Shown: positions 10,042 through 20,147, counted from the first letter of the stretch. The stretch: 64,000 nt of DNA from an uncultured Nitrososphaerota archaeon (GCA_964594835.1 CAZQNA010000003.1:96001-160000); one strand, 5' to 3'. Numbers and translations: made by a program. The notes: generated from the sequence alone by a model not told the origin.

Positions 10042-11134
10042 CCTCCAGCACCTCCCTCACCTCTGGAAACCTCTCCAGCTCGGTCAAGTCGAACAGGAGG
10101 ACGTGCTCCGGCGAGACGTCGACGACGACCCGGTCTCCCTCCGAGACGACCCCCAGCAGGGTTGTGGGGGACTCCGCCAGAAGCTCGACGCCCCCAGCCG
10201 ACAGCCTCAGCCTCGTGACCCTGCCGAGGAACCTGACCTCCTCGACCCTCGCCTCGAACCCCCTGGACGCCGACCTGGGCCTGGAGACCCTGACCAGCCT
10301 CGACCTGATCACGACGACGACCTCTCCCGAAGCCTGGGCGGACGAGGTGAGCTCCAGGTCTCCCAGCCTGACGACGGTCCTCTCGCCCGAGGGCTCGGCC
10401 CTCCCGATCGCCATGGTGCTCTCCCCGACGAAGTACGCGGTGAAGAGGGTCCTGGGCCTCTCGTACAGGTCCTCGGGCGTGCCCACCTCCACGACCTCGC
10501 CCCCTCTCAGGAGGACGATCCTGTCGGCCACGCTCAGGGCCTCCTCGTAGTCGTGGGTGACGTGGACCGTGGTCATCCCGAGGGCCCTGGCCATCTCCCT
10601 GACCTCGTACCTCAGCCTCAGCCTGAGGAGGGCGTCCAGGGCCCTGAGCGGCTCGTCCAGCAGAAGCACCCTCGGGGAGCTCGCCAGGGCCCTGGCGAGA
10701 GACACCCTCTGCTGCATCCCCCCGCTGAGCTCCCCCGGCAGGGCGTCGGCCCTCTCCAGGAGGCCGACCGACTCAAGCATCTGCCTCCCGACCCTGACCA
10801 CGTCCTCCCTGGGCCAACCCCTCACCCGGGGCCCGAAGGTCACATTCTCCCAGGCCGTCATGTGGGGGAAGAGGGCGTAGCCCTGGGGCATGTAGCCAAC
10901 TCCCCTCTCCTCCGGGGGGAGCGCGGTCACGTCCTCGCCCCCTATCAGGACCCTGCCGGAGTCTGGCCTCACCACGCCAGCCACGACGTTGAGGAGGGTC
11001 GTCTTTCCTGCTCCCGTCGGGCCCAGCAGGCACAGGTACTCGCCCTCCTCGACCCTGAGCGTGACGTCCCTCAGAGCCTGGACCGGCCCAAAGCGCTTGC
11101 TGACGCCGACCAGCTCGAGCCCCGCCATCGTCAC
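10034..11134 (-). CDS. ABC transporter ATPase
   Basis: GPTGAGKT, LSGGMQQR, LLLDEPL, HVTHD. Confidence 0.93.
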   Translation of the reverse strand: MTMAGLELVGVSKRFGPVQALRDVTLRVEEGEYLCLLGPTGAGKTTLLNVVAGVVRPDSGRVLIGGEDVTALPPEERGVGYMPQGYALFPHMTAWENVTFGPRVRGWPREDVVRVGRQMLESVGLLERADALPGELSGGMQQRVSLARALASSPRVLLLDEPLRALDALLRLRLRYEVREMARALGMTTVHVTHDYEEALSVADRIVLLRGGEVVEVGTPEDLYERPRTLFTAYFVGESTMAIGRAEPSGERTVVRLGDLELTSSAQASGEVVVVIRSRLVRVSRPRSASRGFEARVEEVRFLGRVTRLRLSAGGVELLAESPTTLLGVVSEGDRVVVDVSPEHVLLFDLTELERFPEVREVLEGA

Positions 11135-12720
11135 CTCACCCTAGCGGCCTTCCTCAGCGCGTAGATCACCCCGAACGAGACCCCGCCGAGGAGGAGCGTC
11201 GCCAGCCCGGCCAGGTCCATCCTCCCCGCCTTGACCAGCCCGACTATGTACACCGGGGCGGTTATCGCCTCCGGATAGACCGCGAGCGTTGCCCCGGTCT
11301 CGTTGAGGCTCCTGGCGAAGGCCAGCACAGCCCCGGCCGCGACGGACGGCTTGATGACCGGGAGGACCACGCGCCTGAAGGTCACCGCCCCGTCGGCCCC
11401 CAGCGTCCTCGCCGCCGCCTCCAGCCCGGGGTCCATGGAGTGGAGGGCGGCTATCAGGTTCCTCGCCACCAGGGAGAAGGTGAAGCTCACGTGGGCCAGG
11501 CCGACCAGCAGCAGGCCGGGGGCGCCAGGCATCAGGGCGGTCCAGAAGAGGCCGAGGCTGAAACCCAGCGCGGCCGTGGGCACCAGGAGCGGGACGTCGA
11601 CGAGGCTGTCCAGGAGCCTGGATGCGGGTCCCGGGAGCTTCCTGGTCACGAGGATGGCGAGGGGGAAGGCGAAGGCCAGGTCAAGGGCGGTGACCCCGGC
11701 GGCCACCAGGAATGACCTGGCCACCGAGAGCCAGAAGTCCAGGGGCACCCCGACCAGCGTGGCCGAGGCCGCCACGAAGAAGGAGGGGAGGATGAAGGCG
11801 GTGAGGGCGAAGGATCCAGAGACCAGGTCCCTCAGGTCGGGGAAGGGTGGGCAGCTGAGCCTCGCCTCCAGGGAACGCATGACTCGGCCCTCCGGCAGGT
11901 TTAGCCTCATTCCAACCTCCTTGAAGGCGTAGAGGATCAGGAGGGACGAGGCCATCATGAGGAAGCTCAGGAAGGCTGCGGCCGGGAGGAGGGTGGGGGC
12001 CAGGGAGGGGTCCTGCTTCATGAGGGACTTCCAGTAACCTATGAGGACGGAGGCGTTCTTCTGCTCGAGGCCGAGCGTCAGCAGGAGGACGGTGGCCCCT
12101 CCAGTCTCGCTCAGGGCCTGGGCGAAGGAGAGGACCGATCCCGCGACTATCCCGGCCCTGGCCAGGGGGATCGTCACGGTCCTGGTGGCGGTGAGGGGGA
12201 CCGCCCCGAGGGTCCTCGCGGCCACCTCGTACGTGTAGTCAACCTCCTCCAGGGCCGAGGAGATGCTCCTGACCATGTAGGGGAAGGTTATCGCCACCTG
12301 GAGCGCCGTCAGCCCGAGGAGCGGGTCGGCGAGGTGGGCCAGCGTCATCCAGTACAGGGCGACCGAGAGGCCCCTGGCGGAGGTCGGGACCGACATGGGT
12401 ATGTCCAGCAGCGTGTTGACCACCCTCTTGCCCGGGAATGGCCTCTTCACCAGGGCCCAGGCCAGGGGGAGCCCGAACGCGAGGTCCACTAGAGTGGTGA
12501 GGGTCGCGACCTTGTAGGAGAGAGCCACGGCGTACCTCACCTGAGAGGCTATCTCCGGCCTGGACATGACGTCCCTGATCGCCGACCACCCCGAGACCAC
12601 GTACCCAAAGACGTAGGTGGGAGGAAGCAGGACGACGAGGGCGAAGAAGGCCAGGGCGGCGGCGTACCATGCCCAGCGGAGGGGCGCCGACCGCGACAGC
12701 CTCGAGAGGGCCGAGCTCAT
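11131..12720 (-). CDS. Fused two-domain ABC permease (ModB/WtpB/CysTW-like)
   Basis: Two EAA loops (EVAARTLGA, EAAARTLGA), two ETGA/ETGG motifs, many TM segments; ATG 12720. Confidence 0.88.
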   Translation of the reverse strand: MSSALSRLSRSAPLRWAWYAAALAFFALVVLLPPTYVFGYVVSGWSAIRDVMSRPEIASQVRYAVALSYKVATLTTLVDLAFGLPLAWALVKRPFPGKRVVNTLLDIPMSVPTSARGLSVALYWMTLAHLADPLLGLTALQVAITFPYMVRSISSALEEVDYTYEVAARTLGAVPLTATRTVTIPLARAGIVAGSVLSFAQALSETGGATVLLLTLGLEQKNASVLIGYWKSLMKQDPSLAPTLLPAAAFLSFLMMASSLLILYAFKEVGMRLNLPEGRVMRSLEARLSCPPFPDLRDLVSGSFALTAFILPSFFVAASATLVGVPLDFWLSVARSFLVAAGVTALDLAFAFPLAILVTRKLPGPASRLLDSLVDVPLLVPTAALGFSLGLFWTALMPGAPGLLLVGLAHVSFTFSLVARNLIAALHSMDPGLEAAARTLGADGAVTFRRVVLPVIKPSVAAGAVLAFARSLNETGATLAVYPEAITAPVYIVGLVKAGRMDLAGLATLLLGGVSFGVIYALRKAARVR

Positions 12721-12859
12721 CTCTACCGTCGCCGTCCCATCCGCCCAGGTAAAAACGATTAACCTGCACACCCCACGGCGCTGGTATTGTATGGAGAACA
12801 TGTAGCCGGCGCCTCGCGCCTTTTTCAGCTCCCCCCCGCGCCGCCCGGTGGGTGATAGG

Positions 12860-13150
12860 TTGCTGGGAGAGAACCCCATCAAGCTGCCCCCGGGCAGGAA
12901 GCTGACCAGGGGAGAGCTGGCGCAGGCCCTCAGACTGGCGGTGATAGCCGAGCTGGACGCGATAAACCTCTACCTGCAGCTGGCGTCGGCCTGCGAGGAC
13001 GAGGGTATCAAGAGACTCTTCGTAGACGTCGCCAAGGAGGAGAAGACCCACGTCGGGGAGTTCCTGGAGGCCCTGCTGAGGCTCGACCCCGAGCAGGTCA
13101 AGGAGCTCGAGGAGGGCAGGAAGGAGCTCGAGGAGATCCTGGGAGGGTGA
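12860..13150 (+). CDS. Ferritin-like (EncFtn/Flp, rubrerythrin-type) protein
   Basis: ALRLAVIAELDAINLY and EEKTHVGEF di-iron motifs; TTG after GGTGA. Confidence 0.85.
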   Translation: MLGENPIKLPPGRKLTRGELAQALRLAVIAELDAINLYLQLASACEDEGIKRLFVDVAKEEKTHVGEFLEALLRLDPEQVKELEEGRKELEEILGG

Positions 13151-13171
13151 GCGGCCGGCCCCCATCCTATC

Positions 13172-14176
13172 CTACCCCAGGAGGTCGACGGTCACCTCGG
13201 CCACGTCGGAGCCGTACTCCGCGACCCTTCGCAGGCTCTCCAGCGTGAGGCCCAGCCTTACCCTCCTCCCCCTGAAGGCGTCCGAGACGATTATCTCCTC
13301 GAGCACGCGGTCGGCGAGTGAGGAGGCCTCCCCCGCCCGGTTCAGGGCCTCGCTCGCCTTCGCCATGTCGAGCGACGTCAGGGAGTCCGTGGCCAGCCTG
13401 ACTATCTCCGTGCCCATCTCGGCCAGCCTCCTCATTCCATCCAGCCCCTGGATGGGGGCCCCGAACTTCAGCGCCGACCTGGCAACGTTGGAGGCGTGAT
13501 CTCCGATCCTCTCAACGGCCTTGGCGGCGAGCCTGTAGCCCAGTGCGTCGACCGCCCACCTGAGCCCGACGTCCTCCGGGTCCAGGCGCCCCGACACAAC
13601 CGCCGAGGCCTGCCTCCCGATGAGGAAGTAGAACTTGTCGACCTCCTCGTCCCTGGCCACGATCTCCTCGGCGAGCTCGACGTCACCCTCGAGGAGGGCC
13701 TCCGTGGCGTCCATCACCATGTCGGCGGCGAGGGAGCTCATCCTCGCGAAGGCCCTGGGGGCGGGAAAGTCGGAGTACGTCCTCATGCACTGGAAGGTCA
13801 GGGTCCCGCCCTTCTCGGCCACGACCTCCACCCCGACGAGCTTGGCCCTTATCGCCGACTTCAGGTCCCTGGCCCAGGCGGACTTCCCGCCCAGGTCGAC
13901 CGTTATCAGGTCCCTGCCGGCAAGGTAGGCGGATATCACCCTCATGGTCAGGGACCTCAGGTCGTCCCTCGGCTCGGCCCTGACGACGACCTCCTGGAAC
14001 TCCTCCCTGGACCGGCCGAGTGGGATTAGCTTCAGGCTCTGGTCCGGTAGGATCCTTATCTCGACGAGGTCGTCCTTTGTGAGGCCTATTCCCCTGGCCC
14101 ACGACTTGGGGAGGGTCACCGACAGCGAGGACCTGCCGAGCATCTGGACCTTCCTTATCTCCTTCCCGGGGGGCAT
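13172..14176 (-). CDS. phoU: AbrB-PhoU phosphate uptake regulator
   Basis: RKVQ..G.SSL.VTLPKSW AbrB domain, DEEVDKFY, ERIGDHA, RRVAEY..DVAE. Confidence 0.9.
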   Translation of the reverse strand: MPPGKEIRKVQMLGRSSLSVTLPKSWARGIGLTKDDLVEIRILPDQSLKLIPLGRSREEFQEVVVRAEPRDDLRSLTMRVISAYLAGRDLITVDLGGKSAWARDLKSAIRAKLVGVEVVAEKGGTLTFQCMRTYSDFPAPRAFARMSSLAADMVMDATEALLEGDVELAEEIVARDEEVDKFYFLIGRQASAVVSGRLDPEDVGLRWAVDALGYRLAAKAVERIGDHASNVARSALKFGAPIQGLDGMRRLAEMGTEIVRLATDSLTSLDMAKASEALNRAGEASSLADRVLEEIIVSDAFRGRRVRLGLTLESLRRVAEYGSDVAEVTVDLLG

Positions 14177-14188
14177 CCGTGATCAGGC

Positions 14189-14215
14189 GTAAGTAAAGCA
14201 AATACATATACTTAC
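14189..14215. promoter_or_regulatory. Inverted repeat GTAAGTA-N13-TACTTAC over the phoU promoter (candidate operator)
   Basis: Perfect 7-bp arms in an AT-rich patch just upstream of the phoU ATG. Confidence 0.5.
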
Positions 14216-14349
14216 ACGGCCCCGCCGGTCCGAGCGTGTAATTAGGGCGCGGGGCGGATCCCCGAGGTGCCCCGCCAAGCTCTCGGGGGAGGGAGGGGAC
14301 GTCAGACCCGGCCGGGCTGATCTGGGGTTCGCCGACCGGCCGGCCCCCA

Positions 14350-15051
14350 TCACTCCGAAGGGAAGAGGCGATCGACCGCCATCCCCGCCAGGTTGAAGCA
14401 GGCGTGGGCAACGACCGCGGGGGCGAGCGACCCGCTGACGGCCCTGAAGTATCCCGCCAGCACCCCGAGGACCAGCGCGGCGGCAAGCACGGACCCCAGG
14501 TATCCCCTGGGCGCCCCCGAGAAGGGGGCCACGTGGACCAGAGAGAAGAGGACGGCCGGGATGGCGATAGCCACCCACAGGACGCCGGGGGAGGAGCCCA
14601 GGGTCGAGAGCAGGCGGCCCTCGAGGAGCCCCCTGAAGAGCAGCTCCTCGCCGATCGGGGCCAGCGCCAGGGCCAGGATCGCGCCTCTGATTGGGTCCTC
14701 AGGCTCGAAGGGGGGCCTGTATCCCCGGGAGAACCTCGCCGCCGGGATCGACAGGGTCGCCGCAAGAGGTAGGGATACCGCCAGCGACCTGAGCGACGAG
14801 TCCAGGTCGATGGTGAGGCCCATCGCCGACCGGCCGCCCGCGAGGCTCGCCAGGGCAAGCGACACGAGCGCGAAGGTCAGCTGGGACGCGGAGGCGAGCT
14901 TCCAGTCCTCCTCCGATCCGAGGAGCCTGGCGAGGGCCGAGGTCACGACCACGCCGGACGCGAGGGCCAGGGCCCAGAGCCCCAGGGCCTCGAGTATCGC
15001 CCCCAGCACGCCGGTCCCGGGGAGTCCCCCAGCAAAAAGATTTCCGCCCAA
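14350..15051 (-). CDS. CPBP/Abi (CAAX) intramembrane metalloprotease
   Basis: APIGEELLFRG, FSLVH, HACFN; start uncertain. Confidence 0.9.
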   Translation of the reverse strand: MGGNLFAGGLPGTGVLGAILEALGLWALALASGVVVTSALARLLGSEEDWKLASASQLTFALVSLALASLAGGRSAMGLTIDLDSSLRSLAVSLPLAATLSIPAARFSRGYRPPFEPEDPIRGAILALALAPIGEELLFRGLLEGRLLSTLGSSPGVLWVAIAIPAVLFSLVHVAPFSGAPRGYLGSVLAAALVLGVLAGYFRAVSGSLAPAVVAHACFNLAGMAVDRLFPSE

Positions 15052-15265
15052 GGCCCCGGAGCCGGGGCCTGGACCGGAACTCGAGCGCCTCCACCGCGAA
15101 CAAGTGATTAGGCCTCCTAGCCGACGCGGGCTCGTGGAGGACCTGTTGGACGGGCTCGGAGGTCTTCAGGGCCACAGGGAAGGGGCGCTTTCTCATTTCG
15201 GATCGAGGGTCCAGGAGAGCCGAGTCCTCTGGGCGAATGCGACTTCTCGGTTAGCTGACCAAAGC

Positions 15266-15946
15266 TCAGATCGACGCGGACTTCTCGGGATCCCGACCGA
15301 GCACCACGATCAGGTCCGACCACCTCATTCCGCCCGCCGCCTCCGCGTATGCCGGAAACTCCAGCATCTCGGCTACGATCCCCTCGGGAACGCTCAGCCT
15401 CCTCCACAGGCTCACCGCCTCCCTGGCGATCCTCTTCGCCTCCTCCCTGGGGATAGGAGAAGGCTGGGCCACCTTCCCCGCCACCTCCACGGCAAATCCG
15501 CAGGACTCCAAGAGGCCCCTCCAGTACCCCAGCGGCCTGTACTCCTCGAACCTCCCGACGCTCTCCATGGCCCCCCTCCAGAGCTCTGAGAACCTTCGAA
15601 AAGCCGGGCAGCCCTCGGGAGACGGCTCCACCACTAGGACCCTGAGTGCCACCTCGCGGGCGATCGCGAGGACGTCGCGGTGCCTCTCGGGGTCGACCTC
15701 GTGGAGGGAGAAGTGGAAGACCGCTAGGTCGGCGAACCTGCGCCTGAAGGGGAGGTTCAGGAAGTCGCAGGCCACCACGGGGACGCCAGCGTCGGCTAAC
15801 TCCCTGAGCCTCTCTACGTCGCGGTCGACGGCCACGACATCCGCGCCCATCTGGAGGAGTCGCCAGGTGGACTCTCCGGCGCCGAAGTCGACTACCCTCA
15901 AGCCGCTGAAGTCCAGGACGGACCAGGGGTCCTCCACATCCACCAC
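15266..15946 (-). CDS. Class I SAM-dependent methyltransferase
   Basis: VVDFGAG, AVDRD, CDFLNLPF, SLHE. Confidence 0.82.
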   Translation of the reverse strand: MVDVEDPWSVLDFSGLRVVDFGAGESTWRLLQMGADVVAVDRDVERLRELADAGVPVVACDFLNLPFRRRFADLAVFHFSLHEVDPERHRDVLAIAREVALRVLVVEPSPEGCPAFRRFSELWRGAMESVGRFEEYRPLGYWRGLLESCGFAVEVAGKVAQPSPIPREEAKRIAREAVSLWRRLSVPEGIVAEMLEFPAYAEAAGGMRWSDLIVVLGRDPEKSASI

Positions 15947-16053
15947 CTGAACCGTGCCAGCGGAGGGATTACGGGGGTCACTCCTCTAGGAGTCCGAATA
16001 TCTCTACCCCTGGGGCCTCTAGTGTTGAGGTGTGGGCCGGGCCACGTCGCCTG

Positions 16054-16668
16054 TCAGACCGCCTCCACCCTGACCCCCCTCGACTCTGCGTAGCCTACCA
16101 CCTCTCGCGGGATCCAGGTTCCGGAGAGGACTGGTATGACCCTCATTCCCGCGTACTCCCTCCTCAGCGCCTCGACCTTGTCCAGCAGGTCGTCCACGCC
16201 CCTCCTGCCTGGCCTTATCTTCACCTCAACGGCGTAGACCTCTCCCTCCCCCACAACCAGCAGGTCCACCCCCCTGTCGCCGACCATCACGCCCCTCCTG
16301 ACCTCCCTGACGGACCCACCCCTCTCCTCCAGAGACCTCCTGATGGTCTCCTCCACCCTCCAGGAGAAGAAAGCCTCCGTCAGGGCCCCCAGGTCCATCC
16401 TGTTGAGCTCGATGAGCCGCCTCATGTCCCTAATCTCGCTCACGATCTCGTTGAACTTGCGGTCGTGCGCCTCCAGCCTTCGCGTGTGCTCCTCCAGTAT
16501 CTCCCTGTGGGTCCTGAGCTCCTCAAGTATCTCGTTGAACTTCCTATCGTGCGCCTCCAGCCTGTCGAGGATGTCTCTGTATCCGAGGAGGACGGCCACT
16601 GTGTACCTGAACTCCTTATCTTCCCTCAGCAGGTTGAACAGCCTCTCCTTGAGTTCTGCCTCACTCAT
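16054..16668 (-). CDS. Coiled-coil repeat plus PD-(D/E)XK nuclease-like protein (archaeal paREP/DUF3782-type)
   Basis: LREDKEFRY.VA N-terminus, RLEAHDRKFNEI twice, VDLL...AVEVK. Confidence 0.75.
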   Translation of the reverse strand: MSEAELKERLFNLLREDKEFRYTVAVLLGYRDILDRLEAHDRKFNEILEELRTHREILEEHTRRLEAHDRKFNEIVSEIRDMRRLIELNRMDLGALTEAFFSWRVEETIRRSLEERGGSVREVRRGVMVGDRGVDLLVVGEGEVYAVEVKIRPGRRGVDDLLDKVEALRREYAGMRVIPVLSGTWIPREVVGYAESRGVRVEAV

Positions 16669-16894
16669 CCTCCGAGTCCTCCTTTCTCGAATCAATTTAT
16701 CGGGCCCCGATTGAAAAAGTTGCCTGGCGTGGCTTGATCTCCCGCTAAGGCTCTGGACTTCCAGCCGAAGGTATTTCACCCGGGCACACGGTTAGCCCTG
16801 CAGCTTCTGAGAGCACGGAGCGGCTCAATTTGTCACCTAGGCAGCCCTCCAAGAGGGTGCTAAGCTTAATTTATCACATTGAGACAAAATCACA

Positions 16895-17131
16895 ATGTAC
16901 AAAACCGTGAGGGTGAGGGAGGACACCTACAGGAGGCTCAACGAGCTGGCGGCCAGACTGAGGGAGAGGCTGGGAAGGCCCGTGAGCATGGACGAGGTCA
17001 TCAGGAGGCTCCTGCTGTCCAAGAGGCCCAGCGAGTTGGCTGGCGCCTGGAAGATGTCAGAGGAAGAGGAGGAAGCAGTCAGGGAGGCTATCGGGAGGCT
17101 GAGGTCAAGGTGGAGGCCTCGTACTGCCTAG
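16895..17131 (+). CDS. vapB: VapB-type antitoxin
   Basis: KTVRVREDTYRRL...SMDEVIRRLL...AGAW; overlaps PIN gene. Confidence 0.8.
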   Translation: MYKTVRVREDTYRRLNELAARLRERLGRPVSMDEVIRRLLLSKRPSELAGAWKMSEEEEEAVREAIGRLRSRWRPRTA

Positions 17132-17529
17132 ACACGGACGTGCTGGTCGACCTCCTCAGGGGCAGGCGACCCTCCGTTGAGGCGGTCAAGATCCTCGAGG
17201 ACTCGCTGGTCGAGCTCGCGACCACCGCCGTAACTGCCTTCGAGCTCTACTACGGGGCCCTCAAGTCCGCCAGGGTTCGGGAGAACTTGAACGTGGTTCG
17301 GGAGCTGCTCGACGGGCTGGAGGTGATCGAGCTGGACGAGGCCGTCGCCGAGCTGGCGGCCCGGCAACTGGCGAGGCTGGAGTCTCTAGGGCAGCCAATA
17401 GAGCTGGCGGACCTCTTCATCGGTTGCGCGGCCCTCAGCAGGGGGATGACGCTGGTCGCTTGGAACGTCGGGCACTTCAGGAGGATCGAGGGGCTAAGGG
17501 TCGTGACGCCGAGAGAGATCCTTGAATAG
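17110..17529 (+). CDS. vapC: VapC PIN-domain toxin
   Basis: CLDTDVLVD, TAFEL, DLFIG, N..HF..IEGL; GTG 17110. Confidence 0.9.
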   Translation: MEASYCLDTDVLVDLLRGRRPSVEAVKILEDSLVELATTAVTAFELYYGALKSARVRENLNVVRELLDGLEVIELDEAVAELAARQLARLESLGQPIELADLFIGCAALSRGMTLVAWNVGHFRRIEGLRVVTPREILE

Positions 17530-17642
17530 GCCCCGCAATTCTCGATGGTCCAGCGGATCTACGATTTTAATCACCCGCCGGCCTACCAGCGCTGCCCGAG
17601 CCGGCCGGAGTGGGATGTTTTCAGACCTACTGGGTGGGTGAA

Positions 17643-18572
17643 TTGAGCAGCGACGAAGCGACGGGGGCGTTCAAGCGCGTGGAGAGAGTGATCCGGCCCG
17701 CAGCCCCCTACTCCATAACTCCTCACCTCTCCCTGTTCACGTTGGAGGGAAGGCCCGTCCCGGCCATCTACGAGAGGGGGCGCCTCAGGGTGCTCGCCTA
17801 TAATAGGGGACGGTACACCCCGCTGAACGTGATCATCGTCGGGGAACCTTGGGAACCCGAGATAAGGTTCTACGGACCGGAAGATCTCGTCAGGAAGATG
17901 CTCAGAACGGATTTTGACTACGGTAAGTTTCTGGAGAGCCTTCTGGAGTATCCGGAGTTGAGGGGGCTGGCCGAGAGGCACGTCGGCCTGAGGCCAACTA
18001 GGAGCCTCAGCCTGTACTCGGCCTTACTAGAGAGCGTGGTGAAGCAGAGGATCTCCCTGAAAGCCGCCCTGAGGATCCAGTCCCGGATAATCTTGGCTCT
18101 GGGTGAGGTCGCCCACGTGGAGGGGGAGGCGTACTACGGGCACCCTCCCCCCGGGAGCCTGTTGGACCCAGAGAGGTTGAGAGGCTTTGGGCTGACCAAA
18201 ATGAAGGCGGTAGCCATATCTGAAGTTGCTAGAGCCGAGCTGGAGGGGAGGCTACCGAGTTTGAGAGAGGTTGAGGAGTCTCCCAAGTCCGTCATCGAGG
18301 AGCTACAGGAGATCAGCGGAATAGGACCTTGGACGGCGGAGCTGGCTGTGGCCATGATATCCAGAGGCTTTGAGGTGGGGCCAGCATCCGACCTGGCCGT
18401 CAGGAGAGGCCTTTCCAGGGCGCTGGGAGTGGAGCCTGAGGGGAGGGAGGTCGAGAGAGCGCTGAGAGACCTGAGGGAGTACGCTGGGCTGATAATGTAC
18501 CTAGCGAGCTTGGACTACGAGGTGAGCAGTGCTAGATCTAAGAAGGGGCGTAGGTCGCGCGGGCAGGCTTGA
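17643..18572 (+). CDS. alkA: AlkA-type 3-methyladenine DNA glycosylase (HhH-GPD)
   Basis: SVVKQRIS, ISGIGPWTAE, PASDLAVRR. Confidence 0.85.
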   Translation: MSSDEATGAFKRVERVIRPAAPYSITPHLSLFTLEGRPVPAIYERGRLRVLAYNRGRYTPLNVIIVGEPWEPEIRFYGPEDLVRKMLRTDFDYGKFLESLLEYPELRGLAERHVGLRPTRSLSLYSALLESVVKQRISLKAALRIQSRIILALGEVAHVEGEAYYGHPPPGSLLDPERLRGFGLTKMKAVAISEVARAELEGRLPSLREVEESPKSVIEELQEISGIGPWTAELAVAMISRGFEVGPASDLAVRRGLSRALGVEPEGREVERALRDLREYAGLIMYLASLDYEVSSARSKKGRRSRGQA

Positions 18573-18720
18573 ATTCCTCGGAGAGCTATCTGAGTGGAGA
18601 GAGAAAAGCGGACAGGCGGGTTAACATAGCTGATAGCCCTGGGCCGACACGCGACCAAAAATCCTGAGGTAGAGCCGCCTGCACCCCGCGGGCCTCTACC
18701 TGCCGACGGTGGCTAGGCGA

Positions 18721-18915
18721 TCACCCTACCATAGACTCCAGCCTATCAAGCCTCCTCTTGATCTCTTCTATCTCTCTCCGGAGATCCTCCGAGAGTGTCT
18801 CCTTGATCAGCTGGCCCTCCTCCCTGACGGCGGCCTCGACCCTGTCTATCCCGTCTCTCACGTCCAAGAGTATCGGGATGGCCCTCCCCCAGTGCTCCAT
18901 CTGAAACGCGGACAT
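18721..18915 (-). pseudogene. Probable 3' gene fragment (short coiled coil)
   Basis: Host-like codon usage, EIEEIKRRLDRLE tail, no promoter space, head-to-head overlap with the next ORF. Confidence 0.35.
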
Positions 18916-19492
18916 GGTCCTCTCTATCGGCGGAGTGAGAAGCTTGGAAAAGTTGGGCTACGTGGTAAGGCGCGAGGGGGGAACCTATAGCCTGCATCAC
19001 AGGGAGTACGCCAGGCTGCTCCTCTTGGCGGCGGACGGAGACGAGACGTTCTTGTACAGGGAGAGGGGAGATGTCCGGGAGTTCGTGAAGAGCGTGTGGA
19101 GGAGGGCGCTGGAGGATAGACCGGAGTTGGGTGGGTTGCTGGCTCACCAGGCTCGCTTCGATCACGGGGACCTGTCTCTATGCCTCTGCCTCTGCGGATT
19201 TGACTTGGAGGGGGGAGAGGCTTACCTGAGGTTTTGGGAGGAGGGATCGCCGTGCTGTCTACCGGCAGAACTGGCTGCGGCCTTGCTGGGTCGGCTCACT
19301 AGAGAGGACAGGGAGGCCTTCCTGGGGGAGCTTGCCAAGCACGTGGGCGCGTGGAATGCGGCGTTCCTGCTGGACCGGCTCGAGGGCGAGGACAGGGAGG
19401 CCTTTCTGAGGAGCCTTTTAGAGAACTCCTGCTCCCGAATTCTGTCGCGAAATTCCTCTTTCATTTCACGACCAAAACCTATCACGCAGTAG
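18914..19492 (+). pseudogene. Probable internal gene fragment with short helical repeats
   Basis: LLGRLTREDREAFL / LLDRLEGEDREAFL repeat; starts at an apparent junction. Confidence 0.4.
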
Positions 19493-19504
19493 TGTTCGGT
19501 AAAC

Positions 19505-19753
19505 TTGGCAGGAGGAGGTCACGTCGATCAGGCTGGACGAGAACATCCCGAGGGACTGGAGGAGACCGTCGAGGCAGGGAGGATCGTCGGGGCGACCGTT
19601 CGAAGGCCGACGGAAATGGCCGGGCTCACCTACAGGGAGATGCTTAGAGAACTCAGGGGGAGGAACGTTCCGTTCCCACAGTCTAGGGAGGAGCTGGGGA
19701 TGAATGACATCACCGGGATGCTCGGTGACGCGATGCTGCCTCTGACCTCATGA
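19505..19753 (+). pseudogene. Degraded UPF0175-like antitoxin fragment
   Basis: TV.R..EMAGLTYREMLREL..RNVPF..S.EEL resembles the UPF0175 C-terminus. Confidence 0.4.
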
Positions 19754-20122
19754 AGTCTAAGGGGGGTTCTCCGCTCCCGCGGACAACTCAGGACCGCCTC
19801 TGTCCCCTCAAGGAGCCTGGCCTCGCTTCGGGGAATGATGATTCCCATAACCACCATTCCCATAATGTAGGTTCCTTTAATTCGCCGGTCAGGGTGCGGG
19901 GAGGGAGGCACGTTCCTTTATCGCGAGTGAGGCGAGGGGCCTTTAAACTCATAGATTTGCGTTTCGCTATATCTCATATGTGAGGGACCGAGGCTGATCT
20001 GAGCGACGGATGGGCGCAGCCTCGCTGGCCATGATTCGCTTGAGAGGCTGATGGGTCGTCCGCTTCTACCTCTAAAGCGTCGCCGAACTCCCTACCGGCG
20101 ACTGCCTCCCCCGGCTGGGGGA

Positions 20123-20147
20123 AGGGGTCGGGGGACCCCCGACCCCT
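20123..20147. repeat. Perfect 12-bp inverted repeat with 1-nt centre
   Basis: AGGGGTCGGGGG-A-CCCCCGACCCCT, directly at the stop of the 20147 gene. Confidence 0.85.

Noticed and set aside
16879-17109. N-terminal extension of the PIN ORF (apparent fusion)
   Set aside because: It is an alternate frame of the antitoxin gene; the PIN domain starts at about 17110
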